Source: Neovahlkampfia damariscottae (taxonomy: Eukaryota). From it: a stretch of DNA of 54,116 nt. The stretch is taken from assembly GCA_016618085.1 (NCBI GenBank), contig JABLTG010000140.1:1-54116 (forward strand). The letters run 5' to 3'. Below are positions 20,991-31,677 of this stretch, piece by piece. The translations under genes were made by a program, and so were the position numbers. Under the pieces are notes generated by a model that was not told the DNA's origin, searched no databases, and was given only the letters and a program-made list of their open reading frames with translations. Positions within the stretch are counted from its first letter, which is position 1. Each line of letters begins with the position of its first letter.

Positions 20991-22004
20991 ATGGGAAATC
21001 AAGCACAAAAAGTTTTGGACAGTGAAGTTGAAGATTTTACTACTGACATACCAAGGATTTCTTTAGATTCAACAAGTAATTCTCAAACAAAAGATCTTTC
21101 AATTGGAAAACAATCAATTGAAATCAACACAAATTTTGTGAGCTTCAAAGAAAATTTTGAATTTTTGGATGATATTCAAAAAATATTGGAATTATCAGGA
21201 TTAGATAATCTAAATTTAATATTTGGAATTGATTATACATTCAGTAACGAAGTTAGAGGAAGAAAAACTTTTGGTGGAAAAAGTTTACATTCCATTGAGG
21301 ATGGTATTTGGAATCATTATCAAAGTGTGATTCTAATGGTTGGTAAAACTTTAGAAAAAATTGATGAGAACTCAATGTAAACACTATTTTGTTTTAATTT
21401 TACTAATTCTTGAAGTATTCCATTCTTTGGTTTTGGTGATAAAACATCTGGCGCTGATTCAGTCTTTTTATTGACTCCTAATGATAAACAAAAACTTTAT
21501 TGTGATGGATATAAAGATGTATTAGATAGTTATTGTAGAATCACACCTACAATTAAATTTAATGCTCAAACTAATTTTGCACCACTGATTAAAAAATCTG
21601 TTGAGATTTTAAAAAATAACAAAGAAAAAATATTACATATTTTAGTAATAATCACCGATTCAGATGTAACAAATAGCAAAAAACAAGAAAATATGGATGC
21701 CATTATTGAAGCTTCAAAATATCCTTTGTCAATTATTGTTATTGGCGTTGGTAAAATTTTGTATTTTTTTTTAACAAAGAACAGGAGACGGACCTTTTGG
21801 AGATGTTCCAAAATATTCTGATCTTAAAGAAAGAACTTTTGATAATGTAAGTTTTATTTCACTAAAAAACATCAGTTCACTTTCGTTCCATACTATGACA
21901 TCATTTCAACAGATATCGAAAATCAATTTAAGAATTTTTCTTCCGCAGCTTTTCACAAGATTCCACAACAATACCAAGATGTAAAAAAATTGAAGTATTT
22001 GTAA
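20991..22004 (+). CDS. Copine/RGLG-type VWA protein, probably N-myristoylated, with no C2 or RING domain (3 introns)
   Basis: MGNQ start; NLIFGIDYTFSN, IPFFGFGD, TNFAPLI, HILVIITD, ASKYPLSIIVIGVGDGPF, RTFDNFTFV. Confidence 0.85.
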
Positions 22005-22015
22005 AAAAAGACAAT

Positions 22016-24420
22016 TTATTGAAAAGAAAAATTTAAATTTGTTAAATAATTACCAAATGTTAATTTTGTTTTTAATTTCAATGTGATCAAGTGATTTGAT
22101 CTTTCTTTTTCATCTTCTAAATTCATGACATGATTATATTCAATAGATTTATCATTAAGTTTCATTTGATTCTCATCAGTCAATTTATCAAATTCTATAT
22201 TCCAATCTTCACATTTTCTTAAATTTGACAAAATCCAAAAATCATCAGGATTTAAATTTCTACCATCATAATTATCATCATTCAAAAATATATGATATTT
22301 CTTTTGATTTAATTCCAACAAATTCAACAATGAAAGAATTGGTGATTCAAATATTCTTTCATTTGGATATTGTAATTTTGTATCTTTTTCTATTTCTGGA
22401 TTAATTTGAATTTCATAAACTAATGCAATTTGATTTCCTGATGATTTTGGAAATTTTAATATTGAATTTTTTTCAAACGCCATCCAATGACAATTTAATA
22501 AATCTTGTTCATGTAATGAAAAATCAAAATCAACATTTAGATATGAATTTGATAGATTTAAACCTTTTACACCATCAACAGAAGGTAAAAATACATATAA
22601 ATAACCAAAAACGTCATTATTTCCCATTTTAATACTTTCATTTCCCAATAATATCAATTTTGTAAATTTGTATTCAAAAGTTGATTTTTGATTAGAATCC
22701 GGATTCATGTAATGTGAAATATTTTCAATAATTTTTGAATCTTTTGATGTGATATCAAAATCATGTGAAAGAATTTTGACTTCATCTGCATCGAATGAAG
22801 TTTTTTGTTGAAAAATGTGATCAAAAAGTAATTTTTGACCAGGATAAGTAACAAAAGAATTGTTCACTATTATTTGTGGTAATTTATCTATTTTACCAAC
22901 GCAATACTGATGGGTAACTTGTTTTCTTGTTGGAACCTCAATTTTTTCAATGTTTGAAGATTCACCCCAAAACATCAATCCCCCCTTTTGAGAAAATCTT
23001 GTTCCAAACCCATCACCTTCATAAACTTCTTGCTTGGAATCCAGAAAGCCAAATCCAAATGTTTCATTCGTTTCTTCTGTTTTTGAATTAAAGTAAAATC
23101 CTTGATCTGTTGGTTCACCAAAACCAAATGATTTTTTTGTTGGTTGATCTTCTTCCACCTTGTCAAATGAAAAAGAAAATGTTTGAGTATCATCTTTAGC
23201 TATTTTTTTATCATCAAAATTGAAAGGTGAAACAATATCAGAATCTGCGGAAAAATTTGATTTGCCCTTTTGAGAAAATCTTGTTCCAAACCCATCACCT
23301 TCATAAACTTCTTGCTTGGAATCCATAAAGTCAAATCCTTTTTGTTGATCATTTGATTCTTCAAATGAAAATTGATTATTTGACACAGGAGCCTCTCTGT
23401 TGACATCAAATGAGAATGGTTCTCCTTTACTTTCAGTGCTTCCAAACCCAAATGTTTCATTCGTTTCTTCTGTTTTTGAATTAAAGTAAAATCCTTGATC
23501 TGTTGGTTCACCAAAACCAAATGATTTTTTTGTTGGTTGATCTTCTTCCACCTTGTCAAATGAAAAAGAAAATGTTTGAGTATCATCTTTAGCTATTTTT
23601 TTATCATCAAAATTGAAAGTTGAAACACTATCAGAAACTGCAGAAAAATTTGACTTGTCACTGCAAATTTCCGAGTCTATATCTTCAAATGATCCATTAA
23701 CTTGATCTTGCACAAAATTCAGAGATTCATGATCAATACTATATATTTCACGTTCAAATGTTGTGAAGTACAATATTGATTTTGCTTCGTTTTTGTAGTA
23801 CTCTTCAACAGAGAAGTGAAATGAATCTATATTTTTGAAATAATCATGAGTGTCATCAGCAAACTTTGATTCTCTGTTGATTATTGATATTGATGACCTG
23901 AGTTGTTCATATTCTTCTTTTTTCAAATTGGTTTCATTTTCACTCAATCCTCCAAAAGAAAACCCTAAACCATAATCAAGATACTCATCGAAATTTGTAG
24001 TATGCAAAAGAGGAATAAAAACAGAAAGATCTGATGTGTTTTTTTCAACCCAATCTTTTGCCATTCCTAATATTTTCACATCAACAAAATTGAAAGCTCT
24101 TTGACAAGTGGAACATTTTCTTTTTGAGTTTGGGTTGTATTTTTCACTGGAATAACAATTACAAGAAAAATAATTCACAAATTCTGGGATTTTAACTTTC
24201 ACGTCTTCTTCATCAATTTCTTTTGCTCTTTGTTCATAATTCATTTTTTCTTTTCCCGAAAGTTTGAACCAATCTAATTTTTTGTATGAGAAGAAGAAAA
24301 AAAACTTGTTATCAATGCTTTGAGATTGTCTATATACTGTCCTCTTTTTTCATGGTAAAATAATATTTTTCCATCCATTTTGGGAAAAATACTTGTCGAA
24401 GTTGATGAAGTTCTTTTCAT
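22016..24420 (-). CDS. Protein with an HMG-box-like N-terminus, a duplicated Phe/Gly/acidic low-complexity region and a degenerate 2OG-Fe(II) oxygenase-like C-terminus
   Basis: The 742-aa ORF extends upstream through a 32-nt intron (24274-24305) to an ATG at 24420, giving FYHEKR...NWFKLSGKEKMNYEQRAKE. C-terminal TKLILL...FGYLYVFLPS...WMAF...SGNQIALVYEI. Confidence 0.55.
22983..23652. repeat. Recent intragenic tandem duplication (period 393 bp; second copy lacks about 110 bp)
   Basis: 23447-23652 is nearly identical to 23054-23259, and 23265-23325 to 22983-23043. Confidence 0.9.
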
Positions 24421-24578
24421 GTTTTAGTTGTTTTTGATTGGCTCAACAACCGCATACAATTAAGTGAAATTTTCTTGAAGTAGTCTTTGGTATTTTTTGA
24501 ATGGTTTCTATCAAATTTGAGACTTTCTATTCTAGGATTGGTCGGATTTTCCAACCAATCACCGCAACACTCCTCAAC

Positions 24579-25484
24579 ATGACAGAACAAATTTCTGTAA
24601 ACAACTCAAGTGCTTCACTTCCAAAACCGCTTATGACTATAATAGCCTTAACTTTGCTGGTTCTTTTTTTGTTCACACAAACTTTGTATGTAACAATTGA
24701 AACTGACAATTACTACCATGGAAAAAACATTTGGAAAGATTGGACATATGAACCTATGGATATTTGTGAAAGAAAAAGAATGGAAAACTTTATCAGAGAA
24801 CCTAGCAATGCCTATAGTGATTTCACTTATTTACTTCTTGGACTTATACTGATAGCTATGGGTATTTACGATATATATCACACAGAAGTGACAGAAAACA
24901 GTTCAAATATCATAAAATACCCAAGTATAACTATTGTTTATGGAATTCATAATATATTTCATGCTGCTGGATCTTTTTTTTTTCATTCTTGCACTTGTCA
25001 AGAGTTAGGAAGATATGATGCAGGTATGATGTTTGGAGTTACTTCATTTCCAATATTTTATGTAGTTTATCATTATTTTGATAAATTTGAATTTGGAACA
25101 AGAGAACAATCTACTCATAGAATATATTTGTTTTTTCATGTGTTAATGGGTATATTTTTTGTTGCTACCAAAGATTTGTTTTTATCTGTTGAAATACAAA
25201 TGGTTTTAATTGTTTTAATGGATTTTCTCTCTATTGGAATTTTTTTTTATTTTAATTCAAACGCTGTAGATGTGAAAAATTTGGTATTTTGTATTGGAAC
25301 GTTGATAATTGGAATTGGATTTTGGTTATTGGATATTTTTCAAATTTGGTGTTTTCCAGATTCACCAATTCAATATCATGCCATTTGGCACTTCGTTACT
25401 GCTTTTTCAATTTTTTATTTGTATAATTTCTTCAGGACAGAAGAAAAAAAATTAAACAGACGATTCTATCAACTGAAACTTTAA
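24579..25484 (+). CDS. CREST-superfamily (ceramidase-like) 7TM hydrolase; intronless
   Basis: CE...IREPSNAYSD, SxxxH (GSFFFHS), the conserved Asp (YDAGMM), C-terminal HAIWH and about seven hydrophobic segments. Confidence 0.8.
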   Translation: MTEQISVNNSSASLPKPLMTIIALTLLVLFLFTQTLYVTIETDNYYHGKNIWKDWTYEPMDICERKRMENFIREPSNAYSDFTYLLLGLILIAMGIYDIYHTEVTENSSNIIKYPSITIVYGIHNIFHAAGSFFFHSCTCQELGRYDAGMMFGVTSFPIFYVVYHYFDKFEFGTREQSTHRIYLFFHVLMGIFFVATKDLFLSVEIQMVLIVLMDFLSIGIFFYFNSNAVDVKNLVFCIGTLIIGIGFWLLDIFQIWCFPDSPIQYHAIWHFVTAFSIFYLYNFFRTEEKKLNRRFYQLKL

Positions 25485-26570
25485 TGATTGGGTTTAAGCA
25501 AAGTTTACAAATGCCATTTTGATCATTGTACATTTTTTGAATAAATTCTTCAGTTATGAAATTCTCCAGTGTCTGAAATCATGTGGTGAAGTAAATTTAT
25601 AGATTTTATTACTTTATTGTTCGCGAATTTTGGATTCCCTGAAATGAATACATTTTTTAATTATGTTGCTCTTGTAATTGCAACCCATAACCATTCTCTT
25701 GTTATGTGGGGAGATTTCAAGTTATGGATGATAATTTTTTTATCTGTAGTAGTTCCTTGAATTGCATGTCCTGTATATGCAGCTATACTTCGAAAGTTCT
25801 TCAAGAATTTTGCATCAATGTTGTAAGATTTATTTGTTAGGACATCAGTGATGCGTATTTGGGATTTTTCTAATTTTTGTAACTTGTATGTAAAGTTGGT
25901 TTGAAACACTTGCTTGTTCGCCAAGAATCTTTCTTTGACCTAAATTTCTGTAGTGTTGGAGTCAATTTTAGCTAGTTTATAGCAAAGATCTTGATAATAG
26001 CAAATATTCATTGCTGATAGTGTTTTCCACCGGAATATTCAAAGTTGTATTTTTTGACAATTTCAATTGGATTGAAAGTTTCACTGTTAAATATCAATTT
26101 TTGAGATATTGTTTGTTGAGATTCATCAACATCTTTTCCTCTAACCAATCCCAAAAGTGAACAAAATGTTATTGAGTATCCATCTTTAAATCTTTCTTTG
26201 ATGTCTGCTGCAAGTGCATTTGTTGGAGCAACCACTAGTATCCTCTTTTTATTTTTCAAAGCCCAAAGTATAATATTAGTGGTTTTTCCAGCTCCTGGCA
26301 AAGTTGCTCTTTCTAAAACATCTCCTTTATTCAGCACATCAAAGCTTTCCAAACACTCGAATAAGCTTTAGTCATGTCCAATTTGAATAATGGAGTTTTC
26401 TTTGTACTCGATAAAACACCTATTGGAGCAATAATAGGGAATTTTAACAAATTTTCAATTATAGTTTGCCATAAGTTGAAATATATTTTTTGTTCATTAA
26501 CGCATCTTCAAATTCTTTTCCATTTTTCACGAATAACTTCATATAATCAATGTCAGACTTAATAGGTTTG
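25483..26570 (-). pseudogene. Relic of a mobile-element or viral replication gene: PolB motif-A-like segment, SF1 helicase, C-terminal CxxC segment
   Basis: Walker A PGAGKT, motif Ia VVAPTNALA, TGHAIQGTT and WLWVAITRAT*LKNV. Upstream out-of-frame KLDMTKAYSS; downstream out-of-frame NFITEEFIQKMYNDQNGICKLC. Multiple stops, frameshifts and deletions; no introns. Confidence 0.75.
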
Positions 26571-26632
26571 TTTAAAGTCAGTTTGTATGATTTAAGGAAT
26601 TCAATTTGCACCACAAAAATAACTGACCAATA

Positions 26633-27313
26633 ATGGGGAACTCACTTCAAAAAGAAGAAAAAGTGTTTCCGTTAAACAAAGACACAATTTCAATTATTCT
26701 TCAATTTCTTCCACTAAAGAACGTTTTCAAAGTTTCTGTAGTATCAAAGCTATTTCATCAATCAGTTTGCTCTGAAGAAATGTATGAAGATTTGATACAA
26801 ATCCATAATATATACATTGTAAAAAACAACAGAACATACAATTCATTCAAAGAACAACTGTTCAAAAATATCTTAAAGAACAAAAGTGACAGAAGAACAT
26901 ATCCAAAGTGGGATAGACAAAGATCTCAAATTCTCCAAAATAGAATTTCAAAATATGACCCATTAGAAATTCTTTTTGAAGATCAATTTAAAGAATCATT
27001 GATAGAATTGAGAAATGTATTTGTTGAAGGATTCATTCATTTCAAGCAAGTCTGCAAATATTCCACTAGAGATGATTCGCAGTTTTTTTCTGAAGCTCAA
27101 TGGATAATCGAAGAAGATTTTATTTATATCAAGCTTTTAATCCAAAAGTTGATTGAAGAGATTGATGATTATCCAAAAAATATTGAATTCAATCACAAGT
27201 TAGAGTTTCTTGTTCGATATTTTGACGGAAACGGTTGGAAGAATTTCAATATCCCTCAAATTCAACCTAATAATAAAGATATATCTTATCTTCATTTACT
27301 GGTTTTAGAATAA
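26633..27313 (+). CDS. F-box protein, possibly N-myristoylated; intronless
   Basis: MGNS start; PLNKDTISIILQFLPLKNVFKVSVVSKLFHQ F-box pattern. Confidence 0.75.
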   Translation: MGNSLQKEEKVFPLNKDTISIILQFLPLKNVFKVSVVSKLFHQSVCSEEMYEDLIQIHNIYIVKNNRTYNSFKEQLFKNILKNKSDRRTYPKWDRQRSQILQNRISKYDPLEILFEDQFKESLIELRNVFVEGFIHFKQVCKYSTRDDSQFFSEAQWIIEEDFIYIKLLIQKLIEEIDDYPKNIEFNHKLEFLVRYFDGNGWKNFNIPQIQPNNKDISYLHLLVLE

Positions 27314-27712
27314 AGTTTTTATTGAAAGAACCAATCAGATTGTTTTTTAATTTAGCAAGACAAAAAAGTCTGAAGGCTGAGAACTTTGCAAAGAAAGATA
27401 AAAGCAAATGATATACAAACAATAACATTGAAAGCTTCAAGGCACAACTTTTTCAGCAGCTCAGTCATTGTCTGTCAGATAAATTCATGATAAAATATAA
27501 CTGAGTCATTGAAGAGAAATATCAGTTCTAAAGGATTTACATTCCTCACAACTTCAAATTAAATGCTCAAAATTTCGGTATTCATCAGTTGATGAACTAT
27601 CCAAGAATGGAAATTTTTTGTCAAGTTGGAAAGAGGTTTATCCAATCATGATGGTGAATATTTATCCGAAAAATATAAATGCAGATTCGAAAATTAACGT
27701 TCGACCAATGAA

Positions 27713-29756
27713 ATGACTCTTATACCATCGAAATTATCAAGCAATCGCTCAACAAGTTGTCAAGAAACGAAATTATTCTTCTTCAGCTCATTCGATTGCG
27801 TTTGGACAAAAGGAATGTTATTACCTGGTTTCAAATTAATCATGTTATTCTTTGTGATGATGAATTTGTTCTCTAGTGCTGCATTGTGGGTAGGATGGCC
27901 TTCAATCCTTGGAATTTACAAAAATGAAGGTGTGTATTCAAATTTATGTTTTGATCAGATCAATAATGGAACAACAAATTCAACTGGATTACAAACAAAT
28001 GGTACTGCATTCAATACCACCAATATTATTATCACCTGTGATGCTCAAAGTAATAGATTCAATGTTATATATACAGCTGCTTCAAGTTGTTATTTGCTTG
28101 GAAAACTGTTTTTTGGTTTTTCATTAGATATTTTAGGACCAAAAATAACAAATGTAACTTCGAATTTTTTAGCATTTCTTGGTAGTACATTGTTAATTTT
28201 CTATCAACGTATTTTTTTTTTCACACTTATTTTTAGATTTTGATTCTCTGTTGCCTGGTTGGATTTTACTATCGCTTGGAGGAAGTGGAATGATTAGTTG
28301 TGCTCTTCACTTTGCAAATTTATTTCCATCAACAAAGAGTTTTGTTTTAGGTGTCATTCCTACAGCTCTTTTGATTAGTGGATTTTTATTGACTATTTTT
28401 CAATATTTGGTAAAAGCTGGAATTCCTCTGTATGTCCTATTTATTTGTTATTCAACTGTTCAATTTTTATTCATGATTTTTGATATTATTTGNNNNNNNN
28501 NNNNNNNNNNNNNNNNNNNNNNNNNNNNNNNNNNNNNNNNNNNNNNNNNNNNNNNNNNNNNNNNNNNNNNNNNNNNNNNNNNNNTCCTACAGCTCTTTTG
28601 ATTAGTGGATTTTTATTGACTATTTTTCAATATTTGGTAAAAGCTGGAATTCCTCTGTATGTCCTATTTATTTGTTATTCAACTGTTCAATTTTTATTCA
28701 TGATTTTTGATATTATTTGGCAACCAATGAAGAATTTTGAAGTTACAGATTTACCAAATCGTAGAAAAACTAAAGTGATAGAATCTGTAGAACTAGAAGT
28801 TGTAAAATCAGAAAAATTTGAAGAAATACCACAATCTGAACCAGAAATTGATTCAAAACTACAACAACTGTTTGATGCCCAAATTGAAAAAACCCAACAA
28901 CTTGAAAAAGATGAAAAAGTTGCAACTGAGCTAAAATATGAACAACACTCAGAAGATTCAAAAGAGAAAGATCCCAAAGAATCATTGGACAAAAATCTGG
29001 ATGAAATTTCCGAAGAAATGCAAAAAAAGGACACTACCGAAAAAAAAGAAAAGAAAAAATCACAAATTCTCAAAAAATTCATTGAAGTAATCAAACAAAC
29101 AATGACCCTTGACTATTTTTTGGGTTGCTATTATTTACTAACACAATCCATCATGTACTCTTGGTACACTGGAACTTTGTTTGAGCAATTTTCACTAATG
29201 GGTGATCTTGATCATTGTAAGAGTGGTTTAATTCTTACTAATATCCAATTTAGCATTTTCCACTGCTTTCAATTTTGCTTTGCTCACATGTATTTTTTTT
29301 GTTCCGTTTCATGGATTGATTTTGAAATATTTAGGTATTGCGATCTCGTACTTCATTTCGATTACACTTGTAATATTGTTGTTGGCGATTCAATCTATAC
29401 CTTTTCTGTACATACAACCTATTGGGTTTTTAATTTTTGCATTTGCTCGATCATTTTTGGTATCTGTTATTTTGATGCATTTCAATGAAACTTTTGGATT
29501 TGGAAACATTGGAATTTTGTATGGAAATCTTGCTTTTCTTGTTGGAATATTGAGTTTCATTCAAATACCCTTCAAGTTATTAGTAACTGCTGTTGGAGAT
29601 CGATATTGGGTTGTAAATCTATTATTGATCGGTTTTGGTATTTTATCATATGCATTACCTGTATATTTATCAATTAAAGCAGTGATCAAAAGAACAAAGA
29701 AGCAAAAACAAAAGTCTTTGGAAGAAGTAAAACCAGAAAAAGCTACTACTTCATAA
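27713..29756 (+). CDS. MFS transporter, SLC43/LAT3/FMP42-like, copy 1 (2 introns; spans an assembly gap)
   Basis: SAALWVGWPSILGIYKNEGVYSNLC, CDAQ...F...YT, GFSLDILGPK, HFANLFP, FGFGNIGILYG. Confidence 0.8.
28358..28719. other. Probable false scaffold gap: 92 Ns flanked by the same 135 bp
   Basis: 28358-28492 equals 28585-28719. Collapsing them restores one open frame matching the paralogue. Confidence 0.85.
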
Positions 29757-29863
29757 AAATTTAACTTTTGAAGCAATATTTAACAGGAAATCTTGATTTC
29801 CACATTTATCTAAAAAATTTCATAAATAGAAGTTTTTTTGTTCGGAGTTCATCATCCAATGAA

Positions 29864-31646
29864 ATGGTTTCGAAAAAAAATCAAAAAACAAACAAAAAAG
29901 AAGAAGTCAAACTCTTCTTCCTGAGTACCTTTGATTGGGTATGGACTAAAGGAATGATACTTCCTGGTTTCAAATTATTGACATTATTCATTGTGATGTT
30001 AAATTTATTTTTAAGTGCAGCTTTATGGGTAGGATGGCCATCAATTCTTGGTATATATAAAAGTGAAGGTGTTTATTCCTACTTGTGTCTACAAAATTCA
30101 AATCAAACATTGAATTCCACACAACACCTCACTGCAAATACAAATTTCACTTCAACTAATTCTACCAGCAATTTTGTCACATGTGATGCTCAAAGTACTA
30201 GATTTACAATCATATACACAGCTGCTTCAAGTTGTTATTATTTAGGAAAACTTTATTTTGGATATTCATTGGATATTTTAGGACCAAAATTGACAAATTT
30301 GACAGCTAATTTATTTGTGTTTATTGGAAGCACTTTCTTGATATTTTACCAATGTAAGTGATTGATTTGATTCTTATTTTTAGATTTTGATTCTTTGATA
30401 CCTGGTTGGGTTTTTATGTCTTTAGGAGGAAGTGGAATGGTCAGCAGTTCGTTGCATTATGCAAATTTATTTCCATCAACAAAGAGTTTCGTTTTAGGTG
30501 TCATTCCAAGCGCTCTTTTGATTAGTGGATTTTTATTGACTATTTTTCAATATTTGGTAAAAGCTGGAATTCCTCTGTATGTCCTATTTATTTGTTATTC
30601 AACTGTTCAATTTTTATTCATGATTTTTGATATTATTTGGCAACCAATGAAGAATTTTGAAGTTACAGATTTACCAAATCGAAAGAAAGAAAAAAAAGAA
30701 CCTACAAGTGTTGAATTGGAAGATTTCAAAAAAGAATCTATTGAAGAAATGCAAAAGATATCAGACACCATGGAAAATCCTGTGATCGAAGAAATACTGG
30801 AACAAAAAAAAGAATTAAAGGAAACTCCTGAACAAGAAGAAGAACTGAAAGAGGAATCAATGAAAGTGTCAAGTATGGATGAAGAAATTCCAGTCGAAGA
30901 ATCAAAAGCATCAGTGGAAGAAAAAACAAAGAAAACTCAAAAATTTAAATGTGGCAAATTGAAAAGTGTTCTAAAGCAATTCTTCACAATTGATTACTTC
31001 ATGGGTGGATTTTTCTTATGCATTCAATCAATCATTTATACTTGGTACACTGGTACATTATTTGATCAATTTGCATTAATGGGAGATTCTGATCACAGTA
31101 ACAGATTTTAAACCTTGAACTCATATTTTTAGGTTTTGCAACAGCTTTTAATTTCAGTTTACTTTCAGCGATATTATTTGTGCCTTTCCAAGGGGCAATC
31201 ATCAAATTTATGGGATTGGCTTTTTCTTTCTTTCTTTCGGTTACTTTTGGGATATTATTATTGTCAATTCAATCCATACCTTACTTGTACATACAACCTG
31301 TAGGCTTTGCAATATTCGCATTTGGAAGATCCTTTTTGATTTCAACAGTTTTGATGTATTTCAATCAAACGTAAGAAAAAAGGAATCAAATTAATTTGCT
31401 CAAAGTTTTGGATTTGGAAATATTGGAATTCTATTCGGTACTCTATCATTTTTACTCGGAATTCTGAGTTTTCTTCAAATTGCGTTTAAAATCTTTGTAG
31501 CTCAAATCGAAAATAGATTTTGGGTAATGAATGTAATATTAATTGCACTTGCAATGCTTTCATATTTTCTTCCAATTTATTTGGTGATCAAATCAATTTT
31601 TAAAAAAATCAAAGAAACAAAAGTCAATAACACAGAAACAAATTAA
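29864..31646 (+). CDS. MFS transporter, SLC43/LAT3/FMP42-like, copy 2 (3 introns)
   Basis: Tandem paralogue of 27713-29756 with the same motifs and two shared intron positions, plus an extra intron at about 31371-31406. Confidence 0.8.
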
Positions 31647-31677
31647 TTTTTGATGCTGAAAAAGAAATTAAATCAAT

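Noticed and set aside
22983..23652. Direct repeats as possible LTRs or a CRISPR-like array
   Set aside because: They are in-frame coding duplications with no spacers, TSD or retroelement genes.
28358..28719. Apparent internal duplication or frameshift in MFS copy 1
   Set aside because: Identical sequence on both sides of an N-run indicates unmerged contig ends.
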